From: Octopus sinensis
Lineage: Eukaryota
DNA length: 64,000 nt
Assembly: GCF_006345805.1 (NCBI RefSeq)
Contig: NC_043024.1
Coordinates: forward strand, 4,402,001 to 4,466,000
Direction of reading: 5' to 3'
A model generated the notes under the pieces. That model was not told where the DNA came from, did not search any database, and saw only the letters and a list, made by a program, of their open reading frames with translations. Positions 26,004-38,534 of the stretch are shown here, piece by piece (within the stretch, counting starts at the first letter, position 1; each line of letters starts with the position of its first letter). Position numbers and translations under genes: made by a program.

Positions 26004-27927
26004 GTTAATATAGGGCGTAACAAATATCAGAAAATCAAAAAAAAAAATGTCTGTAATAGGTGTAAAACAACTTCCTATGAACGAATATGAAAAAAAAAAA
26101 TTCGCGCACGCGAAAGGGGGGTGGGGGAGAGGCCTCGGAAAATTCACATCGGGAAGTTCCGAAAGCGTCTGAGGGGCTGACCCGGGCACCAAAACAAAAA
26201 AAAAATAGTGTAATATGTGTAAAACAACTTGCTCTAAACGAATATGACAAAAAAAATGCGCTCTCGCGAAAGAGGGGTGGGGGAGAGGCCTCGGAAAATT
26301 TATATCGGGAATTTCCGAAAGCGTCTGAACCGGGCACAAAAACAAAAACAAAAACAGCGTAATAGATGTAAAACAACTTGCTCTAAACGACTATCATGAA
26401 AAAAATGCGCGCTCGCGAAAGGGGGGTGGGGGAGAGGCTTCGGAAATTTCACATCTTCAGTCCACGGCCTTTAAACTAAGAAAAAATAGTGTAATTGGTG
26501 TAAAACTACTTGTTCTAAACGAGTATCAAGAACACACACTCACACATGAATCATAAACTCCGTATTTCGCAAAAAAAAAAAAAATAAAGAGAAGAAATTC
26601 TGGAAAAAGTGAAGAAATGTTGGATCTCCGCCATGTGAATCAAAATACGTGTCAGAAACATCTTGAAATACTACAGAAATTATGTTACGAAAATGATAAT
26701 GTATACATACCTCTTTGAGTGGTCCATCGATAATGATGATAAAGAAATGAGTTGGATTTGAACTCAGAATATTGACTAACACAACTACATACTACAAGAC
26801 TCAAAATATTCAGCCAAGTCACCACCCTTTAACTAGCAATAATAATAACATCAATAACATAACAGCCAAAAGATTTATTTGTTCTGAAAATAACAATCAT
26901 AGTAAATAAATATGTTCTTTAATATTCACATTCATGTGCACAGTTAAACACACTTACATACAAACAGTCACGCATGCATAATACAGAACGGAACACATAA
27001 ATGAAGGATGCATTACTTAGTATATATTACATCTAGAGAATTTTGATTAATAAGTCAAATATGCAAATTATAAAGATAATTAATTGCTTTACTAAAGTGT
27101 TGTAAAGGTGAAAAAATAAATTTGGGAAAAAAATACACGCCAAAACTAATTAATAAAGGATAATTAGGGAAGGATTGACACAAAATAATAATTTTTTCTG
27201 TCTCTTTTTTTCTGATAAATGCATCTTAATAAGTGAGAAGAATTGCATATATCTGAACTATTTCAAAGAAAAGCATAAATTTAATGTTTAAAATAGCTTT
27301 AACCAAGGAATGAGATCCAACATTTCTTCACTTTTTCCAGAATTTCTTCTCTTTATTTTTTTTTTTTGCGAAATACGGAGTTTATGATTCATGTGTGAGT
27401 GTGTGTTCTTGATACTCGTTTAGAACAAGTAGTTTTACACCAATTACACTATTTTTTCTTAGTTTAAAGGCCGTGGACTGAAGATGTGAAATTTCCGAAG
27501 CCTCTCCCCCACCCCCCTTTCGCGAGCGCGCATTTTTTTCATGATAGTCGTTTAGAGCAAGTTGTTTTACACCTATTACGCTGTTTTTGTTTTTGTGCCC
27601 GGTTCAGACGCTTTCGGAAATTCCCGATATAAATATTCCGAGGCCTCTCCCCCACCCCTCTTTCGCGAGAGCGCATTTTTTTTTGTCATATTCGTTTAGA
27701 GCAAGTTGTTTTACACATATTACACTATTTTTTTTTTGTTTTGGTGCCCGGGTCAGCTCCTCAGACGCTTTCGGAACTTCCCGATGTGAATTTTCCGAGG
27801 CCTCTCCCCCACCCCCCTTTCGCGTGCGCGAATTTTTTTTTTCATATTCGTTCATAGGAAGTTGTTTTACACCTATTACACACATTTTTTTTTTGATTTT
27901 CTGATATTTGTTACGCCCTATATTAAC
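26004..27927. mobile_element. Foldback-type DNA element (TIRs of about 620 bp with internal tandem subrepeats)
   Basis: 26004-26628 is the near-exact inverse of 27312-27927. Each arm has 3 and a partial 4th copy of a 130-170 bp unit; 8-bp TSD atttgggg / atttgggt; AT-rich non-coding spacer. Confidence 0.85.
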
Positions 27928-27934
27928 ATTTGGG

Positions 27935-28447
27935 TACTATTTAAGAAGCGTGGTCCCGGTACGCGCATCTGCGCTAGCTAGTCGTGACTAGTCGATCCTA
28001 CTACTACCTAGCAAAGCAAATAAAACAAAAAATAAATAATTTTATTTGAAACAAAGTAAATAAAACACAAAAACAAACTATAGAATAAAAGCACAAAGTA
28101 AAGATCGACTAGCTATTGCGAGTGCGCGCACCGTGACTACCCTTATTGATTGGTACCTACCTTTTAAACATATTCTATGTCTTATATTATTTTCGTATTC
28201 TGGTACTAATAGCGTAGACTGGACCCGGTTTGCGCGTCCGCGCTGGTCAGACGGAGGCAGTCGAGCTGACTGTTGCATGCGCGAATCGGGGACGTGCGAT
28301 ACAAGTATATATCGTATATATACAAATATATATCGTATACACGTATATATCGATACAAGTATATATCGTATGTATCGTGCATGCGCCAGTCAGCTCGTAG
28401 GATCGACTGCCTACGTCTGGCTGGCGCGTGTGTGCAAACCGGGCCCA
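27935..28447. mobile_element. Two adjacent GC-rich palindromic MITE-like elements (27935-28155 and 28215-28447)
   Basis: The first resembles 13501-13760. The second has arms ggacccggtttgc...gcagtcgagctgact...gcatgc / gcatgc...agtcagctc...gactgc...gcaaaccgggccc. Confidence 0.6.
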
Positions 28448-28526
28448 CTCTGCGATACAAGTACCGGATATTGCTAATAATATAGCCTGAACAGGATAAG
28501 CTACCCCTATTTTGCAGAAAAGTGTT

Positions 28527-28600
28527 GGCGGCCGGCTATGAGATTCGAACTCACACCTCCTTGATTACGCGTCGCTGTCTTTTTCAATCACCACGATAAA
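28527..28600 (-). mobile_element. tRNA-like (Pol III A/B box) SINE head or pseudo-tRNA
   Basis: The reverse complement has a B box GAGTTCGAATCTC; the cloverleaf is not convincing. Confidence 0.4.
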
Positions 28601-29653
28601 CAATATTTCGTTGCGAAGTAAGAAGGAAGAGAAACATTAATTGTAAATTGTAAGAATTTAAAATTAAAGAAAAAAAACGAGAATAATTTAATGTTAAAAC
28701 TACATCATTTGCCCCCGTTGAGAAGGATTGTCACCAATTTCCTTCTCCACCTCAACCAATAATTTTTCCTACATCAAAAATTCCCCACAAAAGATTTTGA
28801 TGCTGTTAGTCATCCATACTGATTATTTGCTGACTGTTATTCATGTTTCATGTAACACAGAATATTGATATTAAGCTGCCTGTATGTGTGTATTTATATA
28901 TTTATAAATGTACGGAAAGACGCAGGGGAGGTGTGATATCTCTTTTACGACACATAACTGAGATGAAAGCATCAGATATCTAGTGTTATTGACATGTATA
29001 TTGGTGTGTGTCTAGGACAGACTTAATGTCCAGATGTTATTATACTACATGTGTCTACTCCTTGATATAAACCTCTTGAAAATAGATGGGATAAATTTAA
29101 TAGTTCAGATAAAGAATTACTTCTACAATTTATGAAAACAGAAATGTCATAAATTTGCACTTTTGAATATCTGCCTTTTAAACATACTTGATGTCTTGTA
29201 TTATTTTTTCTATTCTTTCAGAAAATCACATGAAATTGGCTAAAAAGTATTTTTTACTTTTAAAGAATCATCAATATGTATCATGTTTGAAAGACACTGC
29301 AAAGATATTCTACAAACGTATAATCCTGCTTCTAGAAAACATTGCTGAGTTACAGTAAAATATTTCCTCTGAGAGAGAAAGCATTTCTTTACTTCTGTGT
29401 CTGAAATATGCAGAAGATAATTTTATCTTTTAAATATACTTTGATTGATTTCCAAAGAGTATTTGCAGCATTTTTCAATATTGGCATTGATCACATTTAG
29501 AAGAAATATAAGAGAAGTGATATTTGTTTGGAATAAACTATAAAAGCAAAGAGAAGAAAAATATCCATATATTTTGGTGAGAGGAGAGAAATTATTGAAA
29601 AGTTGTTGATCTGTACAACTTGAAGAAGGTTCAGGTTTATTTTTCTTGAAGAG

Positions 29654-30598
29654 ATGTCGGAAGAATTAGGAAAATCATCATATGACTGTGACATCTGCAA
29701 AGAGTCATTCTTAGAAGAAAGTAAATTCAATCAACACAAACAAATTCATACAGGTGAGAAACCATATCACTGTGATATCTGTGGTAAATCATTGTCTGAC
29801 AGGAACAGCTTAACTAAACATAAACGTATTCATACAGGGGAGAAACCATATCGCTGTAATATCTGTGGTAGATCATTCTCTGATGACAGTAGCTTATCGA
29901 GACACAAACGTATTCATACAGGGAAAAAACCATATCACTGTGATATCTGTAGAAGATCATTCTCTGAAAGCAGCAGCTTAACTAAACACAAGCGTATTCA
30001 TACAGGAGAGAGACCATATATCTGTGATATCTGTGGTAAATCATTCTCTCAAAGATGTAGCTTAACACCACACATACGTATCCATACAGGAGAGAAACCA
30101 TATTCTTGTGATATCTGTGGAAGATCATTCTCTCATAGCGGTAGCTTAACTACTCACAAATGGGTTCATATAGGGGAGAAACCATATCACTGTGATATCT
30201 GTGGTAAATCATTCTCTGCTGGCAGTAACTTAACTAAACACAAGCGTATTCATACAGGGGAGAAACCATATTCTTGTGATATCTGTGGAAGATCATTCTC
30301 TCAAAGCAGTAGCTTAACTACTCACAAATGGGTTCATACACGAGAGAGTACGTATTCTTGTGATATCTGTGGTAAATCATTCTCTCGTAGCGGTAGCTTA
30401 ACTACTCACAAATGGGTTCATATAGGGGAGAAACCATATCACTGTGATATCTGTGGTAAATCATTCTCTGCTGGCAGTAACTTAACTAAACACAAGCGTA
30501 TTCATACAGGGGAGAAACCATATTCTTGTGATATCTGTGGAAGATCATTCTCTGAAAGCAGCAGCTTAACTAAACACAAGCGTATTCATACAGGGTAG
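29654..30598 (+). CDS. C2H2 ZNF gene 3 (314 aa, 11 fingers)
   Basis: Intact ORF starting [15 protein letters not shown]; same TAG stop position in the linker as gene 2. Confidence 0.9.
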   Translation: MSEELGKSSYDCDICKESFLEESKFNQHKQIHTGEKPYHCDICGKSLSDRNSLTKHKRIHTGEKPYRCNICGRSFSDDSSLSRHKRIHTGKKPYHCDICRRSFSESSSLTKHKRIHTGERPYICDICGKSFSQRCSLTPHIRIHTGEKPYSCDICGRSFSHSGSLTTHKWVHIGEKPYHCDICGKSFSAGSNLTKHKRIHTGEKPYSCDICGRSFSQSSSLTTHKWVHTRESTYSCDICGKSFSRSGSLTTHKWVHIGEKPYHCDICGKSFSAGSNLTKHKRIHTGEKPYSCDICGRSFSESSSLTKHKRIHTG

Positions 30599-30682
30599 GA
30601 ACCATAACCTTGTAATATCTGTGGTAAATCATTCTCTCAGAATAGTGGCTTAACTCACCACAAACGTATTCATACAGGGTAG

Positions 30683-30778
<96 letters not shown>

Positions 30779-31879
30779 TGATATCTGTGGCAAATCATTT
30801 ACACAAAATCATTTCTGATTTAAACACGTCTTTCCTTATGAAGTGGGTCCATAACACAGTGATATTTGTTGTATAACATTTCCTCAGAAGGACAAAGGAT
30901 GTATCTCATAAAGACATCCACAGAATATAGAAACTATATGAATGTGACATCTATAGTAAATCTTTGACATGAAATCATCCATTACTGAATCAAAAGAGCA
31001 TTGACAGAGGAAGGAAAACATATCACTGTGATGTTAAACCTGAATCATTCTTTCAAAATGGTGAGTTGTTTGTACAGAGTCCTATTAATATGAAAGATAT
31101 AACTGTAACCTAAACTATTCCTGCTCAGGTAAATCAATCTACGAAAATGATCAATTAGTGAAATGTAAATGTATTGATACAGAAGAGGAACCACGATGAT
31201 GATGATCCTCATCATTTAACATTCTCCTATTCATGCTTCTGTGGATCAGATGGAATTCATTGATGGAGATTTTCTACATCTGGGTACCTTTCTTGTGACC
31301 AATCCTCACCTGTGTCCAAGCAAGGAAATTTTTTCCCTGGTGAGACAATTTTTACACAGGACTGGAAGTGAACAACTGCACAAGTATGACGGTCATGATG
31401 GCCTTTTACGAACATCACATAATATCTGGACAATGGTACATACACACACACACTCATAAACTATTGTATGTCTGAAGAATTTCTTATAGGAAATATCTTA
31501 CAATGTTTTCTCTACTTGTAAAAGTTTATAATTACTATTAGGAAATGAAACACATGTAATGCTGAATAAATAATATCAAACTTTTCTCCAGTTTCCTTAT
31601 GTGATTTGTAATTACCTTGCAAAAATATTACCCAAACCTCCCACAAAAATAATGTACGTGTATATATGTAATCACAAGCTTGTTTGTTCAACTGGTGTAT
31701 TTATGTTAGTTAGAGTAGTGGGGTGAGGGGGAGGGAAAATTAAAGGAAGGTGGTCTTATAATAATTCTGCTTGTCATTACGTTACTTAGGTCATCAGTAA
31801 CACTTTCATGTGGTTGGAGAGAAAGGATAAGGCCATGAGTGGGACGGGAAGAGAGAGAAGTTTCCCAAATTCTTTCACT

Positions 31880-32539
31880 TTTCAATGGATAACTTTTCAT
31901 CTCCAGTCACAAGTCGTTTCAAAAAAGGCAGGCTTTCATTCTATTTCAAAAACATATCACAAACAGAATACTGCTCCAAGCAATCCTTTTCTGAGAGTTT
32001 GTGAGGGACCCATTACATTATAGCAAGAAATGTATCCTAGCTTCACGAGGTGTTCATCAGCCATACTTTGAAGAACTTTCAACTCCTCTGCAAGATTTTT
32101 AGTCTTGATATTGGATTTTCTTCGATTTTTGCCTTCAAAACATCCACATCCAATTTTGAAGATCTTCCACTGCGACTGTCGTCTTCCAAGCTAAACTCTC
32201 CAGTTTTAAATTTCGCAAACCAGCTTCGAACAGTTGATTCACCTGCAGCATCATCAAACTTTACAAATGTTTTTGAAAGTGTTTGCAGCATTTTCACATT
32301 TTTTTTTTAAGAAAAGCATTATAACGTGAATATAAAATTTTTGGTTATCCATTTCGAATATCATTAAAGGGTAACCAGAACGAAAGATAAACGGATTTTT
32401 GGTGAGGAACAAAGACGAGATGCACTACCACTTTGAGCAACGCCAAAGTTTTAACTCTGTTACGTTTCTGGTGTATTCAATGAAGCATTGAAAAATTTAG
32501 CTTCAAAAAGACACTCAGACCTTTCTGGACAACTTAATA
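31880..32539 (-). mobile_element. Mariner relic (HTH region, PFLKRLVTGDEK fragment, one TIR)
   Basis: ORF 32079-32297 contains VRSWFAKFKTGEFSLED..RSGR; TIR-like ctttctggacaacttaata at about 32520-32539. Confidence 0.8.
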
Positions 32540-32716
32540 CGAGTGTTCATATGGCGTACGTAAAGAAGAATCCCGTAAATATTTCGTTTGTTTTCAGTTC
32601 ACTTCATGTGGTGTCACGCACAAAAGGACAGCTTCCAAATCCCGTTTTCTGAATGGGTAAAACTGATCAAACTTTAAACCTCTGTAATTAATATATATAT
32701 ATATATATATATATAT

Positions 32717-32993
32717 AGGAGTGGCTGTGTCGTAAGTAGCTAGCTAACCAACCACATGGTTCCGGGTTCAGTCCCACTGCGTGGCATCTTGGTCAAGTGT
32801 CTTCTGCTATAGCCCCGGGCCGACCAATACCTTGTGAATGGATTTGGTAGACGGAAACTGAAAGAATCCTGTCATGTATATATATGTATGTAAGTGTGTG
32901 TCGGTATTTGTCCCCCTAGCATTGCTTGACAACCGATGCTGGTGTGTTTACGTCCCCGTCGCTTAGCGGTTCGGCAAAATAGACCGATAGAAT
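32717..32993 (+). mobile_element. SINE family A inserted after (TA)n
   Basis: tRNA-like head AGGAGTGGCTGTG...GGTTCCGGGTTCAGTCCC plus body. Confidence 0.85.
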
Positions 32994-33190
32994 ATATGTG
33001 TCGTATTTTGTACATTTATTTGTTTCGATGTGTTGAGAAAGTTAAATCTCTCACTAAGACGAAATTATGCAAAAGGCTGTAATTTTAATACTTTCATATA
33101 CTTTCACTATATTTTGGTGAGAGGAGAGAAATTTATGAAAAGTTATTGATGTGCAAAACTTTAAGGATTCATTTTCTTTTTCTTGAAGAG

Positions 33191-34530
33191 ATGTCTGAAG
33201 AACTAGGAAAACCATCATATGACTGACATCTGCAAAGAGTCATTCTTAGAAGAAAGTAAGTTCAGTCAACACAAACAAATTTATACAGGGGAACAACCAT
33301 ACCAATGTGATATCTGTGGTAAATCATTCTCTGTTGACAGTCACTTAACTCAACACAAACATATTCATACAGTAGAGAAGCCCTATCCCTGTGATATCTG
33401 TGGTAAATCATTCAGTCGAAGAGGTAGCTTAGCTACTCACAAATAGCTTCATACAGGGAAGAAACCCCATCAGTGTGATATCTGTGGTGAATCGTTCTCT
33501 GTTGGCAGTAGCTTAACTCGTCATAAACGTATTCATACAGGAGAGAAACCATATCACTGTGATTTATGTGGTAAATCTTTCTCTGAAAACGGTAGCTTAA
33601 CTCAACACAAACGTATTCATACAGGGGAGAAACCCTATCACTGTGGTATCTGTGGTGAATCATTCTATCACAGAGGTAACTTTACTACTCACTCTAGGGT
33701 TCATACAGGGCAGAAGCCATATCACTGTGACATCTGTGATAAATCATTCTCTGTTAGTAGTTGCCTAACTAGACACAAGCGTATTCATACAGTGGAGAAA
33801 ACCTCCCCGTGATATCAGTGGTAAATCCTCCTATCAAAGAGGTAACTTAAGTACTCACACATGGGTTCATACAGAAGTGAAAATAAATCATTGTGATTAA
33901 TGTGGTAAATCATTCTCTGAAAACAGTAGCTTAACTAAATACAAATGTATTCACACAGATCAGAATCCATATCCCTGTGATATTTGTGACAAATCATTCT
34001 CCGAAAACTGGCTTAACTTAAACATATTCATACAGAGGAGGAACCAAATCAATGTCATGTGTGTGGTAGATCATTCTCTTGTACTTACTGCTTAGATATT
34101 CAGAAATATATCCATACAGGAGACAAGGAATACCACTGTGCCATGTATGATAAATCATTCTCTTAGTAGTTGCCTAACTAAACAAAAGTGTATTCATACA
34201 CTGGAGAAACCATATCATTGTGGTAAATCATTCTAGTGAAGGCACGTAGTTTTAATCTGCGCATTCTCTAAACGACCGTCACCTGTCAGTCAGCGAAGCT
34301 GATTCAGTATCAGCTTATCTCACCTAATGATGTTATTTCCCACCGGCAAAACGGTACTTTAACTATACACAAATATAATCATTCAGGTGAGAAACCATTT
34401 CAAAGTAATAACTGTAGTAAATCATTGTCTGAAAACAGAAGCTTAACTATACACAAACGCATTCATACTGGAGAAAAACTAATTCACAGTGATATCTGTG
34501 GCAAATCATTTACACAAAATCATTTCTGAT
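33191..34530 (+). pseudogene. ZNF pseudogene (gene 4)
   Basis: ATG at 33191; a 2-nt deletion gives TGA at codon 12; TAG at 33444; later frameshifts. The upstream exon-1 module and acceptor are deleted. Confidence 0.85.
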
Positions 34531-35466
34531 TTAAACAGAAGTCTTTCCTTATGAAGTGGATCCATAACACAGTGATATTTGTTGTACAACATTTCCTCAG
34601 AAGGACAAAGGACATATCTCATAAAACCCTCTACACAAGATAGAAACTATATGAATGTGACATCTATAGTAAATCTTTGACATGAAATCATCCATTATTG
34701 AATCAAAAGAGCATTGACAGAGGAAGGAAAACATGACTGTGATGTTAAACCTGAATCATTCTTTCAAAATGGTGAATTGTTTGTACACACTCCTATTAAT
34801 ATGAAAGATATAACTAACCTCAGCTATTCATGCTAAATCAATCTAAGAAAATGATCAATTATTGAATTCTAAATGCATTCATACAGAAGAGGAACCATAT
34901 CACTATGATGATGATAATCATCACCATTTAAAATTCAGTTATTCATGCTTCTGTCTATCACATGGACTTCATTGATGGAGATTTTCTTCCCCCGGTCACT
35001 TTTCCTGTTGCCAATCCCCATATGTTTCCAAGCAAGGAAACATATTCAACACAGAAGACTGGAAATGACCAACTGCATTTGTATGATGGTCATTTATGAA
35101 CATCACATCTGGACAAGGGTACACACACACACACAGACATATGTTTGTCCGGAGAATTTCTTATAGGAAATCTTTTACATTTTTAATCTACATCTAAATG
35201 TTTGTAATTCTTTGTAGGAAATGAAACACATGTAATGCTGAATAAATGATATCAAACTTTTATCTGGTCTCCTTATGTGATATTTAATTACTCTGCAAAA
35301 AATAACCAAACCTAATGCAAAAATAATATGTGTATATACCCTCGTTTTTTTCTGTGTTCCATTCTGTAGAAGAGCGTAGCCTTGAAACATAAAAGCCTTT
35401 TTCTATTCCTGAGCATTATACTAATACATCTGCTTGTCTTTTGTTGATTTTTTTGTAAACTCTCCC

Positions 35467-35501
<35 letters not shown>

Positions 35502-35739
35502 GTATAACCAGCTTCTCTCTCTCCAACTTGTATACTTTTGTTATGTAGAGTAGGCATGAGAGGGATGGGGGAGTGAAGAAGAAGTAGAGAAAGGTGATCT
35601 TTTAATAATTCTGCATGTCATTATGTTACTTTGCCTGTCAATAACACTTTCAGCTATTAGAGAAAAACTGGGAGAAAGAAAAGAGGATAAGGTTAGGAAT
35701 GAGGTGGGAAGAGGAAGAAAAGACTCAGAAAGAAGTGTG

Positions 35740-36654
35740 CAAATCCTTCCTGTCATCCCTAAAGGGAGCAGGGCTGATGAAGTGCACGCATGCCTTAAGT
35801 CATCCATGTTGTGGCCCCAGGTTAAGACCTTAAGCCTAATCACAAACATGCCTGCACACTTGCTGGTGATAGAATGTCTGCAGCATTTGCTGAAGAAATT
35901 TTAGCCCTTGGAGAAGACAAGGTCCCTAGGAATGATAGGGACAACATATCAGTCTATGAACTGTGCAACTCCGTGAACAACCCTTCCGGTCTTTTGGAAA
36001 CAGTGTTCCCCAATCTGGAAAGTAATTATGCAGACATCAATTGGCTCAGTGAAAGAACAATCCTAGCCCCACAAAACGTAGGTGTCAGTGCTATCAATGA
36101 CCAGCTCATATGACGAATTCCAGGTGAGAAGTACATCTACAAATCAATTGACCAGACGTCTGACCCCCAAGACATTGTCATTTACCCTATCGAGTTTCTC
36201 AACTCATTGGAGCCAGCAGGATTTCCACCTCACGTTCTTAGGCTAAGGGCTGGATGCCCAATTATGCTAATCAGAAACTTACTTCCGCCTAAACAGTGCA
36301 ACAGGACCCGCTTAGTAATCAAGTCCCTGACGCCCCACTTGATTGAGGCCACCATTGTAACAGGGTGCAGGAGGGGTGAAAATGTCTTCATTTCAAGGAT
36401 GCAGCTTTATCCCCCACGGTCAGACATGCCGGTCAAGTTCTGCAGATTGCAGTTTCTGGTCAGACCATGCTTCACCATGTCCATCAACAAATCCCAAGGC
36501 CAAACACCATCGGTAGCAGGCATTGATTTTTTGCTAATTTCAGCAGATTTCGCTCAAATGTGATGTCATTGTCACTTATTTTGGTTTGAAATAAATCACT
36601 TCATCACTTAATGATCTGAATTTAATACCTAGCAACGCCGGGTTATACTGTTAC
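35740..36654 (+). mobile_element. Second Helitron helicase 3' remnant
   Basis: QILPVIPKGSRADEV, ILAPQN, CNRTRL, QFLVRPCF.MSINKSQGQT; degenerate 3' hairpin cctagcaacgccggg at about 36628-36642. Confidence 0.85.
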
Positions 36655-36684
36655 CCAAATATATATCAGCACAGCCGTTAATAT

Positions 36685-36971
36685 TTAAAGACAATAGTTA
36701 GTTCCCCTTGTCAACTCTTCTAATTTTGCTTCTTCCTCCTGTTTCTCATGCACCTTGATTGTTTGATCAGTTCCACTTTACGACTGATATTTAAGAGAAA
36801 ATCCAATCAAATGATTGGTAATTAACTGTCTAAAGAAACAGATACAACATTTATGATTCTGTGGAGCTGAAAAATATGAAGTAACGTTCGTTGGAAAAGG
36901 GAAGAAATTCTCTTGAAGCTGTCGTTGTTCGCTCTGACTCGTTGACTCTCTCTTTATATCAATTACTATGT
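36685..36971 (+). promoter_or_regulatory. Type-B promoter/exon-1 module of gene 5 (donor at 36970)
   Basis: AGTTAGTTCCCCTTG...CACCTTGATTGTTTGATCAGTTCCACTT...ACTAT|GTAAGT; homologous to 44272-44560 and 55147-55430. Confidence 0.6.
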
Positions 36972-38159
36972 AAGTATTATAAAGACATTTCTATTGTATT
37001 AAGTGTCATATTACGTACATCTGTTTGTTTCCATGTGTTGAATAAGTTAAAAGAAAGAATCTCAATAAACAAAGACGAAATTATATGAAAGTAAGGCTGT
37101 TCTTTTAATACTTTCATTGTGTTATCCCTTCTCTTTTAGATATTTCATCGCACTTATGGTTACGCCTTCCGGATCGCCGTTATTTCCTATATTTCTTAAT
37201 TTCAGATTAATACCTCGTTTAGATGAAATTCCTCCTTTTGACAATTTAGTTAAATGCGGGTAAATTACGATGTAATTTGTAAGAAAAGATGGGGAACGTA
37301 TAAAAGTACGATTGTGCGCATAAATTACTGAAACGAAAAGGCAATATGGAATACAGATGAAATGGAAGGGCTTTGAATTGAAACAGTAGAAAGTACCTAA
37401 TTTGACCAAAAATAAATGTAAAAACCCGTTTATATAATCTTTTACTCGAACATTAGTAGTGAAGATATAAAAAAATATCGACACGACGTATAAAACGAAG
37501 GCTGATCACTATTGTTTAAAAACTATCGCCTTGTGAAATTTAGTTTACTCAAACCAGTCACCAATAATTTACTTTTCCATGCTTGAAGCATTATAAACAT
37601 TTTTATGTCCATTAAAATATATAGACATTATAATAATAATAATCAAAATGTCACAGAGAATGGTTTTAAGTGTGGTTTCACGTTTTAATAATTAGGAAAT
37701 ACAAAACCGAATTAAGAGGAAGCATTATCTTAATTGAGTCATTATGTCGTTAAAAAAGAACATAATAAATGCTAAGAATCAGAGAAAAGATCAACAAAAG
37801 TAAAAGCTGATAGATTATCGATGAAAAATCTCCAAAGTGACTAAAACATTAGATTTATTATCACGGAACTGAGTACATTACGATTACAAAGTTTTTGGTA
37901 AGGGACGAGGGAAAAGTGTGTGATTTAAGGGAGATTTAGCTGTTGTTTCCAGTACGTGCAAGACCACCCTCGAATAACAAGGAGGGTGGTATTGGGAAGT
38001 GCTAGAAACAACAGCCAAATCTCCTTTAAATCACATTTTTCCTGTGAAAAAATTCAATTCATTTTAAAACCGAAAAGGTTTCTACCATGTTTTCCATTGC
38101 ATATTGCAGGGCGGGAGGGGGGGTCAGAATTGGTCTGGAGTGTGGTGGTGTGTGTGTTC

Positions 38160-38375
38160 AAAAACTTAACGCAACACAAACGTACTAATTTGGAGGAGAA
38201 ACCAGATCACTGTAATATCTGTGGCAAGTCATTCTATCAAAGACGTAACTTCACTACTCACACAAGAGTTCATTGAGGGAAGAGGCCATATCACTGTGAC
38301 ATCATTGGTGAATCATTCTCTGTTAGTAGTTGCCTAACTAGACCCAAGCATACTCAGACACTGGAGAAAACCCCC
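38160..38375 (+). pseudogene. Two-finger ZNF relic inside the putative intron of gene 5
   Basis: HKRTNLEEKPDHCNICGKSFYQRRNFTTHTRVH; similar fingers are present in genes 4 and 6. Confidence 0.7.
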
Positions 38376-38534
38376 TTCAGATAAATATCTAGTGCCATTG
38401 ACATGTATATTGGTATGTGTGTGTGTCTAGGACAAAATTAATTTTCAGGAGATGTTATTATAGTACATGTGTCTACTCCCTCATAGAAACCTCTTGAAAA
38501 TAGATGGGATAAATATAATAGTTCAGATAAAGGA

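Noticed and set aside
25971-27904. Paired ORFs in the foldback arms as a transposase
   Set aside because: Low-complexity translations of tandem subrepeats, with no DDE motif.
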